DNA of 63,174 bases, counting the filler, from Pirum gemmata (taxonomy: Eukaryota): the NCBI GenBank assembly GCA_002812295.1. It is 25 parts of 25 records of this genome, joined end to end, with 100 filler letters (N's around TTAATTAATTAA, not from the genome) between each part and the next. Parts side by side here need not be neighbours in the genome. Positions count along the whole stretch, not along the records: positions 48,764 to 51,051 come from PDIN01007041.1; positions 51,152 to 53,463 come from PDIN01007042.1; positions 53,564 to 55,895 come from PDIN01007043.1; positions 55,996 to 58,328 come from PDIN01007044.1; positions 58,429 to 60,760 come from PDIN01007045.1; positions 60,861 to 63,174 come from PDIN01007046.1; 19 more parts are not named here. One strand, given 5' to 3'. Made by a program: the position numbers and the translations under genes. Below are positions 50,077 through 60,886 of this stretch, in pieces; positions within the stretch are counted from its first letter, which is position 1; each line of letters opens with the position of its first letter. The notes beneath the pieces are model-generated. The model was not told where the DNA came from and made no database searches. It saw only the letters and a program-made list of their open reading frames with translations.

Positions 50077-50497
50077 TAACCGATAATTTGCCATGTAAAT
50101 AAAAAAAATTATTATTTACATTTTTGACTTGATTTGGAAGCTTGTGGTAAGCCATAATAAGAGCTATTTTAAAAGTGACCAGTAAAATGACTCAGAACAT
50201 TCGATCGGAACCTGGACCCACTCTGCTGTGGCACTACAATGATAGATTGGTCTATCATACCTTAGTACTTCAAATACTACGTAACGCCAATTTCCGGTCA
50301 AATACAGCTTCAAATACCCCTACCTATCTACCCCTTGGCGTTAATATCCGGTCAAATGCCACCTACTTGCCTACCCCTTGACGTGACGTATTATTTGAAC
50401 GCTTCCTTAACCTACTAGCTAGCTAGCTACTACTATCGATAGACTCTGTAATACTGCTTGAAGTCTGCTTCACCATGATCATAACTAGTCTATCATA

Positions 50498-50686
50498 TCG
50501 TGTTTTTCAATAGTGTTGTCTAGTTCAAAAACTGAAATAAACGTAGACTAGTCTACTAAATTATTATTATGGTTTTTAATAAACTAATTTGGTATTGTAT
50601 ACTTAAATACAAGTTCAATTATACATTAAATTTTAAACAGTACCAAAGTAAAGATTGAGAGGACGACTGTGATGAAATAGATGATA
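50498..50686 (+). mobile_element. MITE family B, near-full copy
   Basis: TA|TCGTGTTTTTCAATAGTG...TGAAATAGATGA|TA. Confidence 0.8.
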
Positions 50687-51310
50687 CATTGTAGAGTTAC
50701 AATGTAGACTAGTAGCTATTAAATTATAGTGTGATATATTATATTATCACTAGACTATCATATTTTTATATAAGTCACACTGGCTATGATACTTGCTAGA
50801 CTACTATCATAGACTTGTAGTTCTCACTCTGATTATTAATTCTCACTCATGGCACTTCCATCCCAACCCTAAACCCTAACCCTAACCCTACTACTAACTA
50901 GCTATAGATTATACTTTTTATCGTGTTTATCAATAGTGTTGACCAGTTCAAAAACCGAAATAAACGTACCAAATTATTATTATGGTTAAACTAACAGACT
51001 TTTTTTAATTAATTTGGTATTTTATACTTTTAATTATAAATAAATAAATAANNNNNNNNNNNNNNNNNNNNNNNNNNNNNNNNNNNNNNNNNNNNTTAAT
51101 TAATTAANNNNNNNNNNNNNNNNNNNNNNNNNNNNNNNNNNNNNNNNNNNNCAAAAATATTTTCTGGGACAAGGATCAATTATTAATTTATTACTCATTC
51201 AAAAAAAAAAAAAGACCTGATGTGCGTGCGACGTGCGACGTGCATGTACTTTGTATCATATCATTTATAAAAGTAAATAAATAAATTAATATTATTTTAA
51301 TTATTTTAAA

Positions 51311-51543
51311 CAGTCAAGCCTGATAAAACTGTAGAAATCATTTTTTTTAGACTTCTTTTCTAAAAACCTTCAATTATAACCAGCCAAATTATTATTAAAA
51401 ACACGCCATTGGTTCACAATAGAGTCTTATTTGTTATATAATTTCTCAAAATTTGGTAGTACTTAAAATAAAATTGGATTATTTTGAGATTTTTTGGATT
51501 TTTGAACTCATATGGATGTCGCCATTTTTATCCGGCTTGGTAG
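51311..51543 (-). mobile_element. MITE family G
   Basis: TTTAAA|CAGTCAAGCCTGATAAAA...TTTTATCCGGCTTGGTAG|TTTAAA. Confidence 0.8.
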
Positions 51544-51600
51544 TTTAAAAAAAAAAACAAATATGATTCTGAATAAATATGATTAAATTTTTAAAATATA

Positions 51601-51995
51601 AAGGGTAACCTGCAGACCACACCACTCCACACCCTTCTTCTGACCCTACAGATGAAAATTACAACCTTCCATATTGAAATCTAAGCCAATAAAACGACAA
51701 TCAGAAAAAGTACTTGACTTTTTTTTTTTTGTATGATATCATATCAAAGGGAACCTGCAGACCACACCCTTCTTCTGAGTCCTGACCCTACAGATGAAAA
51801 TTACAAGCTTCCATATTTCAATCTAAGCCAATAAAATGGCAATCTAGAAAAAGTACTTTACTTTTTTTTTTTGTATGAATCATATCAAAGGGAACCTGCA
51901 GACCACACGCTTCTTCTGACCCTACAGATGAAAATTATACGCTTTCAAATTGCAATCTAAGCCAATAAAACGGCAATCTAGAAAAAGGTATTTTC
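51601..51995. repeat. Tandem array (3 x ~130-145 bp) derived from the MITE H interior
   Basis: AAAGGG(T)AACCTGCAGACCACAC..TTCTTCTGACCCTACAGATGAAAATTA...AATCTAAGCCAATAAAA..GCAATCTAGAAAAAG x3. Matches 31131-31228. Confidence 0.85.
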
Positions 51996-52114
51996 AAAAA
52001 AGCGACTAATAAAGTAAAAAATTTAATAAAATATTTTTTTATTTTTTTTTTTTTTAATTAAAAAATTATTATTAATAATTTAAAAAATATAAAAACTTTA
52101 TTTAGATTCCAATG

Positions 52115-52334
52115 TATCGTTTATTTCATTTCAGCTGTCCTCTCAATCATTAATTTGGTACTTTTTAAGTGTATAATTGGACTTTTTTATAAAATAAAAC
52201 ATTATGTATAAAATACCAAATTAATTAAAACATGTCTGNATTAATTAAAACATGTCTGATAGTTTAACCATAATAATAATTTGGTATGTTTATTTCAGTT
52301 TTTGAGCTGGATAACACTATTGAAAAACACGATA
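52115..52334 (-). mobile_element. MITE family B, full copy
   Basis: TA|TCGTTTATTTCATTTCAGCTG...CACTATTGAAAAACACGA|TA. Confidence 0.85.
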
Positions 52335-52617
52335 GCCTAATAAGTTAGTTATTTTATTGGTTTTTTTTCCTTTTTTGCTTTTTTAATTTTTTAAAAAAAA
52401 CTAAAAAATTATTAGCTAAAAACTCTAGGCTAAGTAAGAAGTAAAAACTATAACATAAATGCATATTAATAATATATATAAACAATATATTATAATATGG
52501 AACCAGACTACTTCCCTACTACTACTACTCTACTACCACTACAACTCTACAACCACTACTATTACTCTACTTCTACTTCTACTATTAATACCACCATGCC
52601 CGGCCACCACCACCACC

Positions 52618-52652
<35 letters not shown>

Positions 52653-52728
52653 CCCTACTAAAATCACTGCTATTATGTATACTCTACTACTACTTCTACT
52701 AATACTACTACTACTTCTACTACTACTT

Positions 52729-52770
<42 letters not shown>

Positions 52771-52816
52771 GCTACTACTACTATTATAATTAATAATATA
52801 CTACTACTACTAGTGA

Positions 52817-52879
<63 letters not shown>

Positions 52880-52948
52880 TACTATGTCATACTACTACTA
52901 ATACTACTACTACTACTATTACTACTACTACCACCTCTACTTCTACTG

Positions 52949-52987
<39 letters not shown>

Positions 52988-55711
52988 ATATTATTATTAT
53001 AGTGGAAGGGTGTATGTGCCACTCTGTGGTCCTTTATTGGTGCAGCTTTTAAAACTGACAGATATATAATATAATATAATATTGTCAAATCGCTCTAAAA
53101 ATCGCTACCATAACAACTATCATAACTAATATTTATCATCTGTATTTAGTTGTATTTATCGTATCAGGAAAATATTATTGGCTAAAAATCACAGACAAAA
53201 CAGAAGTTTAAGTTTACTATTGGTTATTTTTTTTACTACTCCATATATATTATATAGAATTTTTACCCCAATAATGATACTCCTTAAAGTTCTATATTAG
53301 AATATTACAACAAGTATTCTAAGTTTTTATTGGTTATTAATACTTCTTATAGAAAATTTCTCCTAGAAAATTTCTCCTATGAGACTATGATGGCTCGATT
53401 GATGAGTGTGATACATGATTCTAGATCTATGATTGATAGTAGCCTAACCCTAACCCTAACCCTNNNNNNNNNNNNNNNNNNNNNNNNNNNNNNNNNNNNN
53501 NNNNNNNTTAATTAATTAANNNNNNNNNNNNNNNNNNNNNNNNNNNNNNNNNNNNNNNNNNNNGTCACGTCAAGGGGAGGGTAGGTAGGTGGTATTTGAC
53601 CGGAAATTAACGTCGAGGGGTAGGTACGTAGGGGTATTTGAAGCTGTATTTGACCAAAAATTGCCGTTACGTAGTATTTGAACACTCCCTTACTATGAAG
53701 GTTAGGGTTTGGGTTACCCATGATCATGAGTTTAATTAATTATATAAGGGTTATCGATATACCATTAGATTTCATTTATTTTGTCACTCCGAATATTTAT
53801 TTGGTTGGTTATAACATTTACGCTGACATTTTTAAATAAATAAATAGATAACAAAATATACCAAATTAAATGAAATGGATCTATATTATATTAATTTGGT
53901 GCTCTTTATTTATATTTTATGATGACAAAAAAAACTGAAAAGCACATTAATTAAAGTTTATCGATATTATAATATAAATAAAGGAACATTACATTATTAT
54001 ATTAATATAAAGTTGTTAGAAGTTAGGGGTAGGGTTACATTAGGGTTAGCTGTAGCTATAGGTTTAATTAATGTTTTAATTAACGTTATAAAAATAAAAA
54101 AATTATAATCTCTTTATTATAATATATTAATAAATTATTTTCTACGGACGTAATAAACTAGCTAAGAGTTAGAGTTAGAGTTCTTTTAAAATATTATGAT
54201 AGTTACATATAATATTATATATATAATTAATTAATAAAAAAGTTTTTATTGGTAGTAGCTATATATATTGTATATATATGTATCATATTATGATATACGT
54301 AGTAGTACTAGTACTTACTAGTACTAGCTAGTAGTAACTCTAGTAGTCGTAGTCTAGACTACTAGTAGTCGTAGTAGTATTGTATTAATATCGCTAGATA
54401 GTAGTAGTATCATAGTAGTAGTTGTTGTTGTATTAATAGTATACTTAGTAGTAGTAATAGTAGTAGTAATAGAAAAAGTACTAGTACTAGTACTAGCAGT
54501 ACTGGTAATAATAAATTTAATAATGGTATGATAGTATGGATAGTAATAATAGTAATAGTAGCTAGTCTACCGTGTAGAGTAGAAAAAGATATCTGAGCCC
54601 AACACTCAAAGATGGTTATTGATAATGTTGGCTAATACTGGGTAGTACTGGCATTTAACCGCAAGGAAGTAGCGATCATGCTAGCTAGCTTAGCCTAGCT
54701 AGACTATAAAACTGCAGACTATAATAATAGACTCTATATTTTAAAAATAATATCATAGTCTACAAAAGAAAGACTAGCTAGCTAGCTAGAGAGTCGAGAC
54801 TAGAGTAGACTGGTAGGTAAAAAATGATATATATTATTATGACAAACACACTTTGTGGCAAGTTTGTGCTTTGAAAAATATCATAGTCATACAGTCATGA
54901 TACAGACAGCCTAACCATGATCCCCTCTTCCCCTAACTAAAAATCCATGTGTACAAAGTCCCCCAATCTAACTACTAGCTAGCTAGCTAACGGAGCTAGT
55001 CAGCCAGCTACTAGTAGCTAGAGCTCTAGGTAGCTAGAGAGCCAGACCATATAAAAAGTTAGAAGCTACTAGAGTCTACCATGGCCCCCCCTTTCCCCCC
55101 CAAAAAAACGTACAAAGTCTCCCAATCTAACTAGCTAGAGTCTAGTAGGTAGACCCTATCCCAACTGACTCCCCCCCCACAAAGCTACTAGCTCTAGTAG
55201 TAGCCAGCTAGTAGCCTAAGGGGCGAGCCCAGCTCAGTATTTCATTTCAACTGCCCTCTCAATCTTTAATTTAGTACGGTTTAAGTGTATAATTGAACTT
55301 TTTTATAAATATATATAATTAAGTATAAAATACCAAATTAATTAAAAAGTGTCTGATAGTTTAACTATAACAATAATTTGGTACGTTTATTTTAGTTTTT
55401 GAACTGGTCAGCACTGAAATGAAAAATACGTTACGATAATCTAGCTAGCTAGCTAGCTAGCATAGCTACTCGAGCTAGCTAGCTATAGTACTAGCTAGCT
55501 AGCTAGAGACCTCTATCGTGCTTTTCATTTATTTTGTCACTCTGAATATTTATTTGGAGGGTTATAATATTTAAATTGATATTTTTAAATCAATATAAAG
55601 ATAATAAAATATACCAAATTAAATTAAATGGATTTATATCATATTAATTTGGTACTATCTATTGTATATTTTATTTATGATGACAAAACAACTGAAAAAG
55701 CACTCAGGTAG

Positions 55712-55857
55712 GGGAGCGTTCAAATACTACGTAACGCCAATTTCCTGGTCAAGTACAGCTTCAAACACCCCTACCTGCCTACACCTTGATGTTAATTTCC
55801 GGTCAAATACCGCCTACCTACCTACCCCTTGACGTGACGTATTATTTGAACGCTCCC
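55712..55857 (+). mobile_element. MITE family E (146 bp), PIF/Harbinger-like, related to family D
   Basis: TAG|GGGAGCGTTCAAATACTACGT...ACGTATTATTTGAACGCTCCC|TAG. Copies at ~18035, 50265, 53564 (-) and 58130. Confidence 0.9.
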
Positions 55858-57265
55858 TAGTCTCTAAAATGATTTGGTGTTTTTTAGACTGTGTANNNNN
55901 NNNNNNNNNNNNNNNNNNNNNNNNNNNNNNNNNNNNNNNTTAATTAATTAANNNNNNNNNNNNNNNNNNNNNNNNNNNNNNNNNNNNNNNNNNNNATTAT
56001 TATTATTATTATTATTATTATTGGTCTAACCAGTATGTTTGTTGATGTATTTTTAATAGGACATACCGAAAATTGCGTTAATTTTGATCTTTTTCGCAAA
56101 GAATTATATTCGGTTTCTGAGAATAGTAAACTAGCCGTCTATTCCGGGATAGATCAATTGGTATTTTGTTAATTTGTTAATTAGTTTAGGTTTAGGGTTT
56201 AGGTTTAGGGTTAAGGTTAGGGTTTAGGGTCAGGGTTTAGGGTTAGGGTTAGGGTTAGGGTTAGGGTTAGGGTTAGGGTTAGGTTTGGGGTTATGTTTAT
56301 TCATTGTTTTCGTAAATTTTATTTAGTAGAACGTATGAGAAAATCATTAAAAGTAAGCTAAACAATAATAGTCTTAATAATTGTAATAGTAATGGTAATG
56401 GTAAAGTAATAGTAATTGTAACTGTGATTGTAACTGTAATTGTATTATCAATGGTAATACTAGTAATGGTAATGGTAATAAGAAAAGGGAGAAAATAAAA
56501 ATCTAAATAACGTCATTTATGTATTAATTACAATAGTAATAGTAATAATAATAGTAATATTAATTGTAATAGTAATATTAATTGTAAATGCTATAGTAAA
56601 AGTAAATGTAACTGTAAAAGTAACAGTAATATTTATAGTAATATAAGTAATAATAATAGCTTATATGTAATAGTAATGGTAATAGTAGCTATAAATGTAA
56701 CTGTAACATTAATATTAATAGTAATATTAGTAATAATAGCTTAATTAGTTATTTTAATCCTAACCCTAACCCCTAAGCTTAACCCCTAAGCTTAACCCTA
56801 ACCCTAACTCTAACCCTTAACCCAAACCCCTAACCCTAACCTTAACCCCTAACCCTAACCCTAACCCTAACCTTAATTAACAGTCAGAGGCCCAGGAGCA
56901 CCCGTTAAAGTATAAACTACCACGACGGGATTTTGCATTGAAAGGTAAACTTTATTTTTATTTTGTTTAATTTTCAGCTTGATTATGATTTTTAAAAATC
57001 AAAACTTTAATCGATCAGTTGATATTATTTTACTTGAATTATATTCGAATTATTCTCTTTTTTTCATTTTTTTAGTAATTACTTAATATTTTTTTTTCTA
57101 GAACTTGTTTTAGTGTTGTTGTTTGTTATTGTATTTTTACCGTATTTAAACGTTAATCTGTTTTGTTATTGATTATTTTGTTCTTATTGTTCTTGTTGTC
57201 GTTGTTCTTATTCTTGTTGTTTTGGTTGTCTTCCGTGTTTTAATTCGTGTTGTTCCTGTGGTTAT

Positions 57266-57545
57266 TTTGGTTTTGGTTTGGTTTTGGTTTTGGTTTTGAT
57301 TTTGGTTTTGGTTTTGGTTTTGGTTTTGGTTTTGGTTTTGGTTTTGGTTTTGGTTTTGGTTTTGGTTTNNNNNNNNNNNNNNNNNNNNNNNNNNNTGGTT
57401 TTTGGTTTTGGTTTTGGTTTTGGTTTTGGTTTTGGTTTTGGTTTTGGTTTTGGTTTTGGTTTTGGTTTTGGTTTTGGTTTTGGTTTTGGTTTTGGTTTTG
57501 GTTTTAGGGTTAGAGTTTAGTCCTGGTTTTGGTTTTGGTTTTGGT
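57266..57545. repeat. (TTTTGG)n hexamer array
   Basis: Direct reading, with an internal gap. Confidence 0.9.
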
Positions 57546-57821
57546 TTTTATATTTCCATTTTGTTTTGCTTTTGTTTTGTTTTGTTTTGTTTGTTTGTGT
57601 TTGTTGTTCCAGTTGTTATGGTTGTTTTGGTTGGGATTATTTTATATAACTAAATTTGTTAACTTATTAATAGGAGCTGTATCTTGTTTCAAAGTTTTGC
57701 CTCTAAATCGTTTTCTTCTTGTTGGGTACTATTCCGGCCAATTTATTTTTTATTCTTGATTTTCTTTTAAGCTTTGGTTTGGTTGTTAGATTTTAAGTAA
57801 ATTTTAAAATTTTAAAACGTA

Positions 57822-58054
57822 AAAGATACGAGAAAACATAATCGAATCAAACACCTCGATCCTAATTATTAAATAATGACAATTTTGAAATGTTATTTTT
57901 TTTTTTTTCAAGTTTCAAGTTTTTTCTATGAAATTTCTAACAATTTTTTAAGAATTTTTTAATGAAATCAAAAGTGAGTCAATACTTAAAATTAGATCGA
58001 AAAATCTCGAATTTTTTTAACTAGTCTCGATTCGATGGGTTTTCCCGCATCTCC
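57822..58054 (+). mobile_element. MITE family C
   Basis: See 12142. Confidence 0.75.
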
Positions 58055-59251
58055 ATACATTTTTTGTGTAGATAAACTTTTAAGTTTTCTCAAAAAATCT
58101 AGAAATTCAAAATTAGTTTTAGCTTTTTAGGTAACACCAACTTTCAGTCAAATACAGCTTCAAATACCCCTACCTACCTACCTCTCGACGTTAATTTCCG
58201 GTCAAATACCACCTATCTACCTACCCCTTGACGTGACGTATAATTTGAAAGCTCCCTCAGGATTAGTGTTTGGTATCGATTATTTTTACATCGATTTTTT
58301 CATCACAACTATCGATAATTTACCCAAANNNNNNNNNNNNNNNNNNNNNNNNNNNNNNNNNNNNNNNNNNNNTTAATTAATTAANNNNNNNNNNNNNNNN
58401 NNNNNNNNNNNNNNNNNNNNNNNNNNNNTAATTTTTGAACTAAACGAGCTATTGAAATGAAACTTTCACTTTTCTCATTTACTTTTTCGAAACGAATCCA
58501 TTGATAACAAGAAAGAAACTCCGTACATACAGCTGCGTACATAATGTCATAATCCACAGAAACTACATAAAAAAAGAGTAAAAAAAAGGCAAAAAAAAAA
58601 AAAAAAGGTGGGGGGCCGAAAATGGGTAATGGAGCTATAATAATAAACGTAGAAAAAAGTAACAATATCAGATATAATATTTTATTATCAAAAAAATTAA
58701 AAAGACCCCTGGAGTTACTGCTGGGGAGAGAACGCTTTGAAATTTTAATAATGGAATTTAGTATTTATTTATCAGTGAGATTCGTATTCGTTTTGAGCAA
58801 ATAATAATAATACGATAGTGATGGTAATTTAATGATACGTAATATGATAATAACACAAGCAAGTCACAAGCAACACCTTTTCGAATGTTATTTATAATAT
58901 ACCGCTAGACCAGTCTAGTTAACAGTATACTGTTTTGAACTGTTTTGAAAATACTTTTTGAACTAACTATCTGATTTGTTTTGTCACTCTGAATATTTAT
59001 TTGGAAGGTTATAATATTTAAATTGACATTATTGGATCAATAAATAGATAATGAAATATACCAAATTACATTAAATAGATTTATATTGTATTAATTTGGT
59101 ACTATTATGCTCACATGTCACAACAGTCACAACAGTTCCCTGGTGGGCTATGCTCTAACTTATAAATATTATCATGTATAAAACACTCAATTAATTAGAG
59201 GTCTATACAGTTAGCTAGCTACTAGAGAGCTTGTATCAATAATAATCCCCC

Positions 59252-59313
<62 letters not shown>

Positions 59314-59497
59314 TAAAAAAAGTATAAAAGGAAAGAATTTTTTTTAAAATATGATAAATAAATAAATAAATAAAAGATTTTAAAAATTAATATCAAAGAA
59401 ACATTACAAATACCAAATATACAATTAACAATATACAATAACAATAAAAATTATCTTTTTTAAGTTTTGAAAAACAAAAAAAAATAAACAAAAAACA

Positions 59498-59887
59498 ATG
59501 TTATTTTTTAAAACTTCAACTCTTTTCATTATCAATATTGTATTGTTGTGTATGGCATTTGTTAATTCAGCAGCAATTGATAACAATACAAACGTTGCCA
59601 GTTTTACTTGTCCACAAGGGAAAAAAATAGTTTTATCTTTAAATGGAGAAAGAATGGGAATCAATCTTAATGATGATGATGATGATGATGAAGTTTGTTT
59701 CTTTGATATTCGCGAACATTGTCATGCTGGTAAAAATATAGAAGTTAATGGTATAGAGTCGAATGCATGCGATTATTATGATGAAAATAATGATGATAAT
59801 GATGATGAAAATAATAAACGATTGAGAAGACGAGGAACAAGTAAATGTATTAAAAACGGCGGAAATCTATTTATATGTTCGTTATAG
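59498..59887 (+). CDS. Small secreted cysteine-rich precursor protein
   Basis: 129-aa ATG ORF with an A-rich leader, signal peptide (…LLCMAFVNSA|A), 6 mature Cys, acidic tracts and a KRLRRR polybasic site. Confidence 0.7.
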   Translation: MLFFKTSTLFIINIVLLCMAFVNSAAIDNNTNVASFTCPQGKKIVLSLNGERMGINLNDDDDDDEVCFFDIREHCHAGKNIEVNGIESNACDYYDENNDDNDDENNKRLRRRGTSKCIKNGGNLFICSL

Positions 59888-60176
59888 TTTTAATTTTAAA
59901 ATGTTTATTCAATTTAAGTTAAGTAATTATTTATTCATCAATGATGCACAAGATACCAAAAAAATAAAAGAAGGCTTTTTTATTGATATTATTAATTACA
60001 TAATATTCGGGGTTTTTTGAATTCAATTTTTTTGGACAGCATGGAGATATTTTTTTTATATACCGTTTGATTAGCAGTTGTATTGTTCGTTTATTGTAGA
60101 AATACTGTTTTTTAACTTTTGTTCGTAATATTATGTGTCATTGTTGCTAGTAGACTGTAGGCTACCAACTACTATG

Positions 60177-60593
60177 GTGCTTTTCATTTATTTTGTCAGT
60201 CTAAATATTTATTTGGAGGGTTATAATCTTTAAATTGACATAATATTATTTAAATCAATAAATTGATAATAAAACATATCAAAATATATCAACTGGATTT
60301 ATATTGCATTTATTTGGTACTATTTATTATATATTAATTTTCATGATGACAAAACAACTGAAAAGCACTATGACTGTCCAGCAATAGTCATGCATCTGCA
60401 GTCATGCATATGACTATTGTGCTTTTCGTTTATTTTGTCACTCCAAATAATATTTATTTGGTTGGTTATGATATTTAAATTGACTTTTTTTAAATGAATA
60501 AATAAAATAGACCAAATTAAATGAAATAGGTTTATATTGTATTTATTTGGCACTATTTATTATATATCTCATGATGACAAAACTGAAAAGCAC
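60177..60593 (+). mobile_element. Two adjacent MITE family A copies (60177-60368, 60419-60593)
   Basis: Both have complete GTGCTTTTC...GAAAAGCAC TIRs. Confidence 0.9.
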
Positions 60594-60886
60594 TATAACT
60601 ACTATCTGATCTATCTGATAGTATCTGATACTAGCTAGCTAGTCTCTACCTGTCAGAGTGCTATGTCATTTGATAACGTGTTTTTTTTGTGAAATAACCC
60701 TTTTTTCGAAAAAAAAAAACTGAAAAAAAATTTTTTTTTATTATTTGTCAAATAGAAAAANNNNNNNNNNNNNNNNNNNNNNNNNNNNNNNNNNNNNNNN
60801 NNNNTTAATTAATTAANNNNNNNNNNNNNNNNNNNNNNNNNNNNNNNNNNNNNNNNNNNNATAATAATAGTAATAATTATAATAAC

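Noticed and set aside
57266..57545. (TTTTGG)n as a true or alternative telomere
   Set aside because: Internal to the contig with unique sequence on both sides. TTAGGG is the dominant telomere-like motif.
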